Counted from the stretch's first letter, positions 1 to 10,770 are shown. The stretch: DNA of 64,000 nt from Bacteroidia bacterium (GCA_965216465.1 CBDCFW010000005.1:352001-416000); one strand, 5' to 3'. A program made the numbers and translations. The notes: generated by a model not told the origin, from the sequence alone.

Positions 1-1318
1 CTTCTTGGTTCATGGTCATGCTTACAGCAAGTGTAAGGTCTTCTTGACGAGAAGGACGAGCATCCGAGATTACATCACCGGCCAATGCAGGCTCTCCGCT
101 GATATTCGACTTCAACGCATACAATTGAATAAAGCTTGAACCGTTATCCATAATCATCGGCTTGAAACCGAATTTCCAAACCAAAGTAGATGGCCATATA
201 GATTGAATCTTTTCGTTCTTTAGATAAGCACTAAATTGTGCAGTATCTTTAATAGCAATAACACCAACCATAGAAGCACCTTCCCAATTCTGAGAATTGT
301 ATAGTGCTGGAGATGGAACAACTAAAGACGACACTGGAGCTTCAGCTCTAATTTCTTCGATAGATTTTTGAAGTGCAGGTGAGTCTGGATCGATAGAATC
401 ATTTGCAGCTAAACTACCTCCTAACGAACCATCATCTAAGCTGCCATCGTCTGTAGAATCTACTGCAGTTTCTTCAACAACAGATGCTGATACCGTGGTG
501 TCTTCCATTTGCTCTAAAGCATTTTCTCCAACAATAATCTTGTCAGCAGCCATTAAGAAATCATAGCCTTTGTAATCGTAGTACACATTCCAAAACTCAA
601 GTTTCGCAGAACTTTGTAAGATTCTTCTCACACGCTCTGGATCATCAACACCTGGAAGTTCTACAAGAATTCTACCGTTGTCTAATCGTTGCAGATTTGG
701 TTGTGCAACTCCAAACTTATCAATACGAGTACCGATAATTTCAAACGCATTACTTATGGCACTCTCACTTTCTTTTTTAAGGTAGTCGTAAATTTCTTCG
801 TTGCTAGACTTATAACCGTTTGGCAAGTCGTTTTCCAATTCTTTTCGGTAGAAGATTGGCGCTAGTTTACCATCTGGCTTTACACTGCTGTATTTACTTG
901 CAAGAAGATCAACGAAGTTTTGTTGTCCGTTATATGCTTCATTTGCTTGATTAAATGCTGTGTTAAATGATGGATCAGAAGTTTTTCCTGATAGGTTACG
1001 AATAACCGCTGGAGTTTCAACTTCTAAGGTAACGTTCATTCCTCCTTGAAGGTCAAGGCCAAGATTCAATTCGTTCTCTTTACATTCTTGGTAAGTGAAT
1101 TCAGCAATACCAAGATTATAAACATTCACTGGACCCATTGAATCCAAGTATGCTTTAGCAAACGAATCAGCAGCCAATGCATTATCTGGGTATAAGCTAT
1201 TAGCCGCTTCAACAGCATCTTTTTCAACTGAATTTGTTTTGAAGGTAAAAGACAATTGATAGATACTCGCTAACAGCAAGCAAATGGTTACAACCTGAAT
1301 AAATCCTTTATTGTTCAT
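1..1318 (-). CDS. secDF: Protein translocase subunit SecDF (5' part; runs off the window edge)
   Basis: Manual translation from ATG 1318 gives MNNKGFIQVVTICLLLASIYQLSF...LGLDLQGGMNVTLEV...RIDKFGVAQPNLQRL...RILVELPGVDDPERV, the SecD N-terminal motifs. The fusion to SecF is inferred from Bacteroidota. Confidence 0.9.
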   Translation of the reverse strand, partial: MNNKGFIQVVTICLLLASIYQLSFTFKTNSVEKDAVEAANSLYPDNALAADSFAKAYLDSMGPVNVYNLGIAEFTYQECKENELNLGLDLQGGMNVTLEVETPAVIRNLSGKTSDPSFNTAFNQANEAYNGQQNFVDLLASKYSSVKPDGKLAPIFYRKELENDLPNGYKSSNEEIYDYLKKESESAISNAFEIIGTRIDKFGVAQPNLQRLDNGRILVELPGVDDPERVRRILQSSAKLEFWNVYYDYKGYDFLMAADKIIVGENALEQMEDTTVSASVVEETAVDSTDDGSLDDGSLGGSLAANDSIDPDSPALQKSIEEIRAEAPVSSLVVPSPALYNSQNWEGASMVGVIAIKDTAQFSAYLKNEKIQSIWPSTLVWKFGFKPMIMDNGSSFIQLYALKSNISGEPALAGDVISDARPSRQEDLTLAVSMTMNQE

Positions 1319-1362
1319 TATCTATATTATGAGTTTATATTTTGCAAAAATTTGAAAGGTCG

Positions 1363-1370
1363 CAAAAGTA
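1363..1370 (-). promoter_or_regulatory. Bacteroidota -7 promoter box for secDF
   Basis: caaaagta reads TACTTTTG on the minus strand and matches TAnnTTTG. Confidence 0.6.
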
Positions 1371-1448
1371 TGCTTATTCGATTAACTTAGCAATTAATAT
1401 TTAACTGCTTTTTCAGCTATTTCAAGCTTGCTAGAGCAGCCAAATTTC

Positions 1449-2072
1449 CTATTGCATCAAAGTCTTAAGTTGAATTATTAAATCTCCAAGTTGTTTTTCG
1501 AAACTTAGGTTGTTAGAAATAAGTAAGTCTGCCGAAGATTTATGAGGATACAAGTATGCTTGGTAGGCCGGCAGCACATGATTTGTCCACTGATATCTTA
1601 CTTCAAGCTCGCTCATTCCGCGTTCCTTAACATCGCGGCTTAACCGACGCTGAAAAGCAATCTCTTCGGAAGTATCAATAAACCACTTATAGTCGTACAT
1701 TTTTCTCAAATAAGTATCGGCGAAGGCAAAAAGTCCTTCAATCATCACCACAGGTGCTGGTTCATAAACAATTTCCTTGGGGAAAACTGCTGGATTATTA
1801 AAGGTGTATTCTACTATTCTAACTGGCTTGCCGGCCATCAAACTTCGAATGTCTTTACGCAAACGTTTAAAATCTATCCCATTTGGGTGATCAAAATTAA
1901 TCTCACCCTGATCGTCGCGAATCTGTTCAGATAGTGCCTTATAATAATGATCTTGTGAAATGATACAAAGCTCTGATTCAGGAAACTCTTGCCTTAATCG
2001 ACTAACAAAAGTGGTTTTTCCAGAGGCACTGCCCCCGCCCAATCCAATTATTTTAACCGCAGCGCTTTGCAC
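1449..2072 (-). CDS. udk: Uridine kinase
   Basis: P-loop GGSASGKTT, QDHYYK, NFDHP, IEGLF, RRLSRDVKERG motifs. Confidence 0.88.
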   Translation of the reverse strand: MQSAAVKIIGLGGGSASGKTTFVSRLRQEFPESELCIISQDHYYKALSEQIRDDQGEINFDHPNGIDFKRLRKDIRSLMAGKPVRIVEYTFNNPAVFPKEIVYEPAPVVMIEGLFAFADTYLRKMYDYKWFIDTSEEIAFQRRLSRDVKERGMSELEVRYQWTNHVLPAYQAYLYPHKSSADLLISNNLSFEKQLGDLIIQLKTLMQ

Positions 2073-2184
2073 CAGTCAAAAGTACATAATCCCTTTGATT
2101 TAATGGGTGTTATGGAGCTATCTCCATTCATTCATCTACCCCCAAACCCCGATAAACGAAGAACTAAACTCGATAAAAAACTTT

Positions 2185-2212
2185 GGAAACTTTTATGGAT
2201 TTAAAAGTTTCC
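2185..2212. promoter_or_regulatory. Perfect 11-bp inverted repeat, candidate TetR operator
   Basis: GGAAACTTTTA-tggatt-TAAAAGTTTCC directly upstream of the TetR gene. Confidence 0.6.
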
Positions 2213-2227
2213 GTGGTTTTATTTGCA

Positions 2228-2839
2228 GTGAATTTGGAAGAATATAATAAAATATTGAAGGGAGCTGGTCAATTGTTCTTTCGCATAGGAATAAAAAGCG
2301 CCAGCATGGATGATATCGCAAGAGAATTGGGCATCAGTAAAAAAACGATTTATAAGCACTTTGAAGATAAAAGGAGTTTGGTGCATTCGGTGCTTACTGC
2401 GAACATGAAAAGTGAACAGGAAGCATGTATTGACTGTTACAAGAACGAAGGCAATGCAGTTCAAACCATGATCGATGTTGCCAAATTTATCAGCAAGGCT
2501 CATAAAGATATGAACCCGGCTTTGCTATTCGATCTTAGAAAGTACTACCCTGAACTGTGGTCTAAGATGGATGCATTTCGCAGAGAATTTATTCATAATG
2601 CCATCCAGTCAAATATTGAAGAAGGTCAAAAAGAAGGTCTATTCAGAAAGAGTATTATTCCTGAAGTTGTTGCCACTTTATACATCAACACAGTTGCCGG
2701 AGTAATTGACTCATTATCTAATCCAAGAAACCAATACGATTTCAGTATTATACACAAACAAATGATCAGCTACCACTTATATGGTATCTGCTCTCCAAAA
2801 GGACAACATTATTTAGAACAACATATCAATGAAATATAA
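2228..2839 (+). CDS. TetR/AcrR family transcriptional regulator
   Basis: HTH SMDDIARELGISKKTIYKHF; first gene of the efflux operon. The start is probably GTG 2228 or TTG 2234 rather than 2183. Confidence 0.9.
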   Translation: MNLEEYNKILKGAGQLFFRIGIKSASMDDIARELGISKKTIYKHFEDKRSLVHSVLTANMKSEQEACIDCYKNEGNAVQTMIDVAKFISKAHKDMNPALLFDLRKYYPELWSKMDAFRREFIHNAIQSNIEEGQKEGLFRKSIIPEVVATLYINTVAGVIDSLSNPRNQYDFSIIHKQMISYHLYGICSPKGQHYLEQHINEI

Positions 2840-4172
2840 AATCCAAAAATCATTATTTGTTTTAACCCTCCTGGCTTGTATTCAACTTGCCAGTGGACAA
2901 ACGGAAACACTTAAGCTTAGTTTAGAACAAGCTCAAGAGTTAGCATTGAAACATAACTATGCACATCAAAATGCATTGTTAGACATCGACTACGCCAACT
3001 ATCAGGTTGACGAGATTAAAAGCATGGGACTTCCGCAGGTTTCTGCAAGTGGTTCTTTCGCACACACCTACGAAATTGCAACGCAGATTATTCCTGGAGA
3101 TTTTGCAGGAATGCCTGGTGAGACTATTCCTGTGCAATTTGGTGTTCCTTACAGTTTAAGTGGAACCGCAACTGTTAACCAGCTGTTGTTTGATGGCACA
3201 TTTTTCTTGGGGCTAAAAGCAGCTTCCGAATTTGTTAATGTGAACAAGCTTCTCGCTTCTAAGTCTGAGATTGATATTACAGAGGGGGTTATGAAGGCAT
3301 ATTACATGACCGTTATCTCAAAAAAGAATATCATTCAACTTGAAGAAAGTTTAAAAAACATTGAAAAACTTAAAGATGAGACTCAGGCAATGTACGATGA
3401 GGGTTTTGCAGAAAAATTAGACGTAGATCGTTTGATTTTATCGGCTTCGAATGTTCAACTATCTCTTAACAACCTAAAGAATCAAGCTTTATTGGCAGAG
3501 AAAATGCTATTGAATAGCATTGGGTTAGATGTAAACCAGTCTGTAGAGTTAACATCGTCGCTTCCTGAATTCTCTGAAGAAAACTTCTCGGAGAGTTATG
3601 GCTTGTTGACTGGAGCTCCTGAACGAATAGAATTCAAAATTCTTGAGCAGCAACAAGAGTTAAACTACCTCGATTTAAAAAGATACAAAGTAGGATATCT
3701 TCCTAGTATATATGGTATGGTGAATTACGGTACTAATTCGTTCGGAACACAAGACAACTTTGGAGAACTTGGAGATGAATGGTACCCCAACGGAATGTAT
3801 GCCTTTAGCTTAAACGTTCCAATTTTTGATGGTCTGCAGAAAAAAGCAAAAATGGATCAGGTTCGCGTTAAGATTGAACAAACTAAAAATTCGATTGCCC
3901 AACTCGAAAACGGAATTAACCTTGAAATTATTCAGGCACGAAACAACTACTCAGCAGCATATGAAGCCTTTAAATTACAAAAAAACAGCAAGGAATTGGC
4001 ACAGTCAATTTACAATACAACGTCTATTAAATTTAAAGAAGGAGTTGGTAGTAGCTTCGAAATGATCGACGCAGAAAACGAATTAACCAAAGCAAACACA
4101 AATTATTTAAATGCCCTGTATGAACTGAGTGTGGCTAAAATCAGTTTAGACAAAGCACTTGGAAAACTATAA
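2829..4172 (+). CDS. TolC family outer membrane efflux protein
   Basis: Signal peptide and two OEP repeats (LSLEQAQELAL; YLPSI; VPIFDG); adjacent to MFP and RND genes. Confidence 0.9.
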   Translation: MKYKIQKSLFVLTLLACIQLASGQTETLKLSLEQAQELALKHNYAHQNALLDIDYANYQVDEIKSMGLPQVSASGSFAHTYEIATQIIPGDFAGMPGETIPVQFGVPYSLSGTATVNQLLFDGTFFLGLKAASEFVNVNKLLASKSEIDITEGVMKAYYMTVISKKNIIQLEESLKNIEKLKDETQAMYDEGFAEKLDVDRLILSASNVQLSLNNLKNQALLAEKMLLNSIGLDVNQSVELTSSLPEFSEENFSESYGLLTGAPERIEFKILEQQQELNYLDLKRYKVGYLPSIYGMVNYGTNSFGTQDNFGELGDEWYPNGMYAFSLNVPIFDGLQKKAKMDQVRVKIEQTKNSIAQLENGINLEIIQARNNYSAAYEAFKLQKNSKELAQSIYNTTSIKFKEGVGSSFEMIDAENELTKANTNYLNALYELSVAKISLDKALGKL

Positions 4173-4194
4173 ACCAATTAAAATCACACAACAA

Positions 4195-5340
4195 ATGAAA
4201 AAGATTATATATATCACCGCGGTAGTTGCAGTTGCTTTAGCTGCTTGTGGCGACAAACCAAAAACAGCTTTAGAGGCTAAAAAGGCCGAACTTGATTCGC
4301 TAAAAACGGAAATGGCAGATTTAAAAGCAAGCATTATTGCTGTTGAGAAAGAAATAGAAGAATTAGACACCTCTGCTCGCTCAAACGCAATTGCGGTAAT
4401 GGCTTCTGAAATTAAGAAGGGAAGCTTTAAGAATCCATTCCAAATGCAAGGATTAGTGGAGTCTGACAAGAACGTTTTAGTATCTCCTGAAGTTCCAGCC
4501 AATGTTACTAAAATTCACGTTAAAGAAGGACAACGTGTAGTACGAGGTCAGCTTATCGCCACCTTAGATGGCTCTGTAGCAGGTTCTCAAATAAGTGAAT
4601 TGGAAAACGCTTTAAGCTTAGCGAAAATCAACTTCGAAAAACAAGAGCGTTTATGGAAGCAAAATATTGGAAGCGAGATGCAATACCTCTCAGCTAAAAA
4701 TCAATATGAGAATCTACAAAAGAGCATTGCGACAGCTAAAACCCAATTGGGAAAATACACTTTAAGAGCTCCAATTACAGGAACTGTTGATGAGCTTATG
4801 GCAAATCCAGGCGAATTGGTTGGCGGTTTAACAAGCGGACCAGTTGCAAGAATTGTTGATCTGAGAGATATTAAAATTAAAGCAAATGTTTCTGAGAAGT
4901 ACTTAGGTCAGATTAAGAAAGGCCAAGAGGTTAGTGTTCACTATCCATCTATTGACTTAACTATGGATGAGCAAGTATTTGCTGTCGGAAATGTCATCGA
5001 CCCGGATAATAGAACATTTGTGGTTTATGTTAAGCCGACTAAAAATCTCGATCAGCTTAAACCTAACTTATTATCACTGGTTACAGCCTACGATTATGTA
5101 GATCCTAATGCGATAAGCATTCCAACCAAACTGGTAAGATTTGATGGGGAAAAACACTTTGTGTATACCATCAAGACAAATGGACAAAAAATGACTGTGG
5201 AGAAACGATTTATTGAGATCGACAAACAATTTCCAAGCGAAACAATTATTAAAGAGGGACTGCAGGAAGGTGATTTAATTATCACGGAAGGAGTGAACAG
5301 CGTAATTGTTGGAGATGAAGTGAAGATTGTTTCTGAATAA
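4195..5340 (+). CDS. RND efflux periplasmic adaptor (membrane fusion lipoprotein)
   Basis: Lipobox LAAC; VKEGQRVVRGQLIA and LRAPITGTV lipoyl halves. ATG 4195 is the preferred start. Confidence 0.9.
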   Translation: MKKIIYITAVVAVALAACGDKPKTALEAKKAELDSLKTEMADLKASIIAVEKEIEELDTSARSNAIAVMASEIKKGSFKNPFQMQGLVESDKNVLVSPEVPANVTKIHVKEGQRVVRGQLIATLDGSVAGSQISELENALSLAKINFEKQERLWKQNIGSEMQYLSAKNQYENLQKSIATAKTQLGKYTLRAPITGTVDELMANPGELVGGLTSGPVARIVDLRDIKIKANVSEKYLGQIKKGQEVSVHYPSIDLTMDEQVFAVGNVIDPDNRTFVVYVKPTKNLDQLKPNLLSLVTAYDYVDPNAISIPTKLVRFDGEKHFVYTIKTNGQKMTVEKRFIEIDKQFPSETIIKEGLQEGDLIITEGVNSVIVGDEVKIVSE

Positions 5341-5357
5341 TCTTAATCCAAAACACC

Positions 5358-8300
5358 ATGAGTAAAATTAAAGAAATTATAAAAGAGTTTAAACTCTCAT
5401 CTTGGGCGGTAAAGAACAAGATTAGTGTTTATGTAATGGTCGGCATCATTGTAATCATTGGTATGAACAGCTACCAGTCGATGCCTAAGGAAAGTTTTCC
5501 GGAGATCAAACAACCCATCGTTTATGTAAACACTGCCTATCCGGGTAACTCTCCAATTGATATGGAGAATTTGGTTACCAGACCGATTGAGAAAGAATTA
5601 AACACACTTTCTGGACTTAAGAAACTTACCTCAACCAGTATACAAGATTTTTCGATCATTATTGCTGAGTTTGAGTTAAGTGTTCCTACGGATGAAGCTG
5701 CGTTAGACGTAAAGGATGCGATTGACAAGGCCAAAATGAACTTACCGAATGATTTGCCTGCAGATCCATCGGTAATGGAAATGGACTTTTCGGAGTTTCC
5801 GGTAATGAATGTTAACGTTTCAGGAGATTACAGCAACGACAAGCTAAAAGATTATGCCGAGTACCTGAAAGATGAGATGGAGAATATTACACAAGTATCT
5901 TCAGTTGATATTTCAGGACTTACTGAAGAAGAAGTTTCTGTAACAATCGACCGAGTTAAAATGGAAGCTTTAGAGCTTTCACTTAATGATGTTGAGCAAG
6001 CTATTTCTGGCGAAAACATCACGATGAGTGGTGGTGACATCAAGAGTATTGAAGGGTCTGATATTACGCGTAGAAATATTCGTATCGATGGAGAGTTTAA
6101 AGACTACCGCGATATAGAAAATGTAATTGTAAAGAATGAGTTCCAAAACATCGTTTATTTACGTGATATTGGTTCCGTTTCTTTTGGACCTAAGGAAGCA
6201 ACTAGCTATGCTCGATTGAATGGCAATCCAGTTGTTACACTAGACGTAAAAAAGAAAAGTGGAGGAAACCTAATTTTAGCAGCTGAACAGGTTCAGGCAA
6301 TTGTAGCCGATGCAAAGGCCAATGTATTCCCTAAAGACTTAGAAGTAGTTATAACGAACGACCAAAGTAAGATGACCAAAAACATGGTTACCAACTTGGA
6401 GAACAGTATCATTATGGGTGTTCTTCTTGTTGTGGGTGTTTTGATTTTCTTTTTAGGAGTTCGAAACTCAATGTTCGTAGGTATTGCAATTCCGTTATCG
6501 ATGTTGATGGGTATAGCCATCTTAAACTTTAGTGGTACAACCTTGAATATGATGGTATTATTCTCATTAATTCTTGCACTAGGTATGTTGGTTGATAATG
6601 GGATTGTAATTGTAGAGAATATCTATCGACTCTTCGCAGAAAAAGGCAAAGAGAAGGACCAAGCTTCGAAAGAAGGTACAGGAGAGGTTGCGACAGCAAT
6701 TATTGCTTCAACAGCGACAACGGTTGCCGCATTTGTTCCGTTAATATTCTGGCAAGATTTAATGGGTGAGTTCATGAAGTACTTGCCAATTACCTTGATT
6801 ATCGTATTGTCTTCTTCACTCTTTGTGGCTTTGGTAGTAAATCCTGTGTTAACATCGGATTGGATTAAGGTTGGAAACAAAGAACGATCTACTATCAATA
6901 AGTTTATTGCTCGAAACATTATACTGGCGATCATTGCAGTGCTATTGTATGTAGCAGGTTCTGGACTGTTAGGAGGATTATTTGTTGCCGCTATAATTCT
7001 ATCCATTGCAAACCGAATTTACTTAACTCCAGTCGGTAACTGGTTCATGAACAAGATTATGCCTAAGATTGAAAACAGGTATGCATCGTTTGTGAAGTAT
7101 GCACTGTCTGGATACAGACCGATATTTTTCTTCTTGGGAGTGATCGGAATGTTCATGTTGACCATGGTGATATTCCAAGTGAAACCACCACCAACCGTAT
7201 TCTTCCCAGAAAGTCAGCCGAACTATGTGAATGTTTTTATTGAAACACCATTGGGTACAGACATTGAAAAGACCAACGAGATTACCAAGAAGTTGGAAGC
7301 TCGTATTGCTCCAGTAATTGCAAAAGACAGCATAATCGTTGAAGCTGTTCTTGCTCAGGTTGGAGAAAAAACTTCTGACCCCAACGAGGGTCCTCAAAGT
7401 GGATCATCTCCTCATAAAGCAAGAATCACAGTTTCTTTCCATGAATATGAAAAACGCGTTTTCTTATCTGATGTATCGACAAGTGAGATTATGCAGAATA
7501 TCAAAGAGGCTGTTGATGACTTTCCTGAAGCCCAAGTGAGTATTGCCAAAGACAACATGGGACCACCAGCAGGTAAGCCAATTAATGTCGAGGTTAAAGG
7601 TGAAGATTATCTGACCTTGATCAAGGAGGTTGAGAAAATCAAAAAGAAGATGGAAGATGCCAATGTTGAAGGTGTTGACCAACTTAAAACAGATCTTGAG
7701 ATTGGAAAACCAATGCTTGAAATTTCGATTAATCAGGAAGCTGCCAGAAGATTTGGTCTAAGCACTATGCAAATTGCAGGGACAATTAGAACCGCTTTGC
7801 TTGGTAAGGAGATATCAAAGTATAAAGAAGGTGAAGACGACTATGAGATTCAACTTCGCTTTAAAGATGAATATAGATATAACCTGAGTAATCTGCTTAA
7901 CACCCGTATTACATTCCGTAATATGGCTTCAGGACAAATTAGCCAGGTTCCAATTTCTGCAGTTGCTAACGTTTCTTATAACAGTACCTACGGTTCTGTA
8001 AAAAGAAGAGATATGGATCGTGTGATTTCAATCTTCTCTGAGGTTGAAGAAAATGGAAACGCAAATGCCATTGTAGCGAAGTACAAAGAAGTACTTGCAG
8101 ATCACGAAACTGCATCAGGGTATGAGTTCAAGTTTACCGGAGAGCAAGAAGAACAAAGCGAATCGATTGACTTTTTAATGGGCGCAATGATGTTAGCGGT
8201 ATTCTTAATCTTCTTGATCATTGTAACTCAGTTTAACTCCATAGCAGGACCGTTTATCATTATGCTTTCAGTACTCTTCAGTACTATTGGGGTATTCTTA

Positions 8301-8819
8301 GGATTCTCATTAACACAAACCACCTTCTCTTTTATGATGACAGGGATTGGAATAATCTCGTTGGCGGGAATCGTGGTAAATAATGCGATTGTACTTATAG
8401 ACTACACCAACCTATTACGTGAAAGGAAACGAGCTGAAAAAGGTATGCATCGTAAGGCTAAGCTAAGTAAAGAAGATATTATTGAATCAATTGTTGAGTC
8501 AGGAAGAACGAGACTTCGACCGGTACTCTTAACGGCAATTACTACTGTTTTGGGTCTGTTCCCTCTTGCGATAGGATTCAATATCAACTTCGGACGTCTG
8601 TTGAGAGAAGGTCAACCTGAAATTTATTGGGGAGGTCAGAACGCTGATTTCTGGGGACCTATGGCTTGGGCTGTAATTTATGGACTCATCTTTGCAACCT
8701 TCCTTACATTGGTTATCGTTCCTGTAATGTACTATCTAAGCGATAGAATCACGATGAGCATTACCAAACTAAGAAAGAGTGCGTTTGACGAAAGTGATAA
8801 CGAGCCAATGCCAGAATAA
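5358..8819 (+). CDS. RND efflux transporter permease (AcrB/AcrD/AcrF family)
   Basis: PKESFPEI, GMLVDNGIVIVENI, GIVVNNAIVLID, RLRPVLLTAITT motifs. Confidence 0.95.
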   Translation: MSKIKEIIKEFKLSSWAVKNKISVYVMVGIIVIIGMNSYQSMPKESFPEIKQPIVYVNTAYPGNSPIDMENLVTRPIEKELNTLSGLKKLTSTSIQDFSIIIAEFELSVPTDEAALDVKDAIDKAKMNLPNDLPADPSVMEMDFSEFPVMNVNVSGDYSNDKLKDYAEYLKDEMENITQVSSVDISGLTEEEVSVTIDRVKMEALELSLNDVEQAISGENITMSGGDIKSIEGSDITRRNIRIDGEFKDYRDIENVIVKNEFQNIVYLRDIGSVSFGPKEATSYARLNGNPVVTLDVKKKSGGNLILAAEQVQAIVADAKANVFPKDLEVVITNDQSKMTKNMVTNLENSIIMGVLLVVGVLIFFLGVRNSMFVGIAIPLSMLMGIAILNFSGTTLNMMVLFSLILALGMLVDNGIVIVENIYRLFAEKGKEKDQASKEGTGEVATAIIASTATTVAAFVPLIFWQDLMGEFMKYLPITLIIVLSSSLFVALVVNPVLTSDWIKVGNKERSTINKFIARNIILAIIAVLLYVAGSGLLGGLFVAAIILSIANRIYLTPVGNWFMNKIMPKIENRYASFVKYALSGYRPIFFFLGVIGMFMLTMVIFQVKPPPTVFFPESQPNYVNVFIETPLGTDIEKTNEITKKLEARIAPVIAKDSIIVEAVLAQVGEKTSDPNEGPQSGSSPHKARITVSFHEYEKRVFLSDVSTSEIMQNIKEAVDDFPEAQVSIAKDNMGPPAGKPINVEVKGEDYLTLIKEVEKIKKKMEDANVEGVDQLKTDLEIGKPMLEISINQEAARRFGLSTMQIAGTIRTALLGKEISKYKEGEDDYEIQLRFKDEYRYNLSNLLNTRITFRNMASGQISQVPISAVANVSYNSTYGSVKRRDMDRVISIFSEVEENGNANAIVAKYKEVLADHETASGYEFKFTGEQEEQSESIDFLMGAMMLAVFLIFLIIVTQFNSIAGPFIIMLSVLFSTIGVFLGFSLTQTTFSFMMTGIGIISLAGIVVNNAIVLIDYTNLLRERKRAEKGMHRKAKLSKEDIIESIVESGRTRLRPVLLTAITTVLGLFPLAIGFNINFGRLLREGQPEIYWGGQNADFWGPMAWAVIYGLIFATFLTLVIVPVMYYLSDRITMSITKLRKSAFDESDNEPMPE

Positions 8820-8824
8820 TATTT

Positions 8825-8856
8825 AAAAGTCTCTCCTCAGGAGGGACTTTTTTTTT
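8825..8856 (+). terminator. Intrinsic terminator of the efflux operon
   Basis: AAAAGTCTCTCC-tca-GGAGGGACTTTT hairpin followed by a T-run. Confidence 0.8.
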
Positions 8857-8930
8857 GCGTTAACAATTCGTATATAATCCATAGAACTTCTATTAAAAAA
8901 TCGAATAACTTTGGCCCAATACAAAGAACA

Positions 8931-10001
8931 ATGAGACGAGCAAGCAAGAAATTCCTGAGAGAATATTTAAACGCAAATTCACCAACTGGATTTGAGACAC
9001 CGGGTCAAAAGGTATGGCTAGACTACTTAAAGCCTTACATTGACGAATATGAAGTTGACACTTATGGGACAGTAATTGGCGTAGTTAATCCTGGCCAGGA
9101 TTATAAGGTAGTAATTGAAGCTCACGCAGATGAAATTGCTTGGTTCGTTAATTATATTGATGACAAAGGCTACATCTATGTAATCCGAAATGGAGGAAGT
9201 GATCACCAGATTGCTCCAAGTATGCGCGTACATCTGCACACTAAAAAAGGTAAAGTAGATGGTGTGTTTGGATGGCCAGCAATTCACGTAAGAGATCGTG
9301 TAAATGAGCCCAAACCATCGCTCAAGAATTTGACCATCGATGTTGGAGCTGCCAGCAAAGATGAGGTTCTAAAAATGGGCATTGATGTTGGAACGGTAGT
9401 TACTTTTGATGCTGAGATGATGGATCTCAACAAAAAGTTTTGTGTTGCTCGAGCAATTGACAACCGTGGTGGAGGATTCATGATAGCCGAAGTTGCTCGT
9501 TTGTTGAAAGAGAACAAAAAGAAGCTTCCGTACACATTATATATTGTTAATGCAGTTCAAGAAGAGATTGGTTTAAGAGGTGCAGAAATGGCGAGTAGAA
9601 GAATCAAGCCGAATGTTGCACTTGTTACCGACGTAACTCACGACACGCAAAGCCCGATGTACAACAAAAAGATTCAAGGTGATACAAAGTGTGGTGGTGG
9701 CCCAGCGGTAACTACTGGCCCTGCAGTGCAAAACAATATGCTTGATATGCTAATCGAAGTTGCCAAGAAGAATAAGATAAATATTCAAAGACAAGCAGCA
9801 AGTAGAAGTACAGGAACAGATACTGATGCATTCGCATACTCTGATATTGGAGTTGCATCTGCCTTGGTTTCGCTTCCTTTAAAATATATGCATACTACAG
9901 TCGAAACAGTTGCTTATTCCGATATGGAAGATTGCATCAAGTTGATGTATGAATTCTTGATTCAGTTAAAATCTGGCCACGACTTCCGTTATTTCAAATA
10001 G
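8931..10001 (+). CDS. M42 family metallopeptidase (aminopeptidase)
   Basis: EAHADEI, AIDNR, VQEEIGLRGA, GTDTDA, YMHT motifs; TAACTTTG box at 8906-8913. Confidence 0.92.
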   Translation: MRRASKKFLREYLNANSPTGFETPGQKVWLDYLKPYIDEYEVDTYGTVIGVVNPGQDYKVVIEAHADEIAWFVNYIDDKGYIYVIRNGGSDHQIAPSMRVHLHTKKGKVDGVFGWPAIHVRDRVNEPKPSLKNLTIDVGAASKDEVLKMGIDVGTVVTFDAEMMDLNKKFCVARAIDNRGGGFMIAEVARLLKENKKKLPYTLYIVNAVQEEIGLRGAEMASRRIKPNVALVTDVTHDTQSPMYNKKIQGDTKCGGGPAVTTGPAVQNNMLDMLIEVAKKNKINIQRQAASRSTGTDTDAFAYSDIGVASALVSLPLKYMHTTVETVAYSDMEDCIKLMYEFLIQLKSGHDFRYFK

Positions 10002-10201
10002 AATTTGACAGTAAAATAATCGATTAAAATAGCGACTGAACGGCTATTGTTTTTCTTAACGGGCAATCTTAAAGGCATAAAAAAGACTGTTCAATTATGT
10101 ATTATTACAAAATACCCAAATTGGGCCTTTGATGCTTTTAGAATACAACTTCCTGAATTACAGTAAAAAAAAGGAATTTTATTTAGCTGTGTCCAATAGA
10201 A

Positions 10202-10222
10202 AATACCCCCCAAGTGGGTATT
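10202..10222. promoter_or_regulatory. Inverted repeat AATACCC-N7-GGGTATT, candidate LuxR/NarL-type binding site
   Basis: Perfect 7-bp arms abutting a TTG (10221) ... TTAATTTG (10245-10252) promoter-like pair. Confidence 0.5.
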
Positions 10223-10526
10223 GACGAAAATAGCCTTGATGGGGTTAATTTGTGCTACAGTTAACCTTATTATTGATAGATAGACACCTTGTGTGCTTTT
10301 ACCAATACTTTTTTTTGCAATCAGTGATGAACTTGAGTAAAAAGGTATATGGTCTTGGAAGACATTTAAAAAATATTTCAGGTATTAATAGTATAAGCTG
10401 CTATGCTACGGGTGATTGAATTTGACTTGATGTTGATTCTTACACTCAAATAGCATCCTTTGCCACTTCTCAATTATGAGATGTGATTAGAGAAATTAGT
10501 AAGTAGTACTTTTAAATCAAAATCGT

Positions 10527-10745
10527 ATGGACGTAACGAGAAACGGAATTTCATCAAATTTGACAACGAGAGAATCTCAAATTGTAAATCTGTTACTCAA
10601 TGGTTCTTCAACAAAGGACATTGCCAGCAGATTACAGATTAGCATGGATACTGTTAAAACACACAGAAAAAACATCCATAGAAAGCTAAAAACTCACTCT
10701 GTCGTTCAATTGATGATTAAGATGCGCGAAGTAGAATTAACCTAA
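10527..10745 (+). CDS. Stand-alone LuxR/GerE-type HTH protein
   Basis: LTTRESQIVNLLLNGSSTKDIASRLQISMDTVKTHRKNIHRKL; no sensor domain. Confidence 0.88.
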   Translation: MDVTRNGISSNLTTRESQIVNLLLNGSSTKDIASRLQISMDTVKTHRKNIHRKLKTHSVVQLMIKMREVELT

Positions 10746-10770
10746 CTAAATGCTTCAAAAAGTATCAAAG

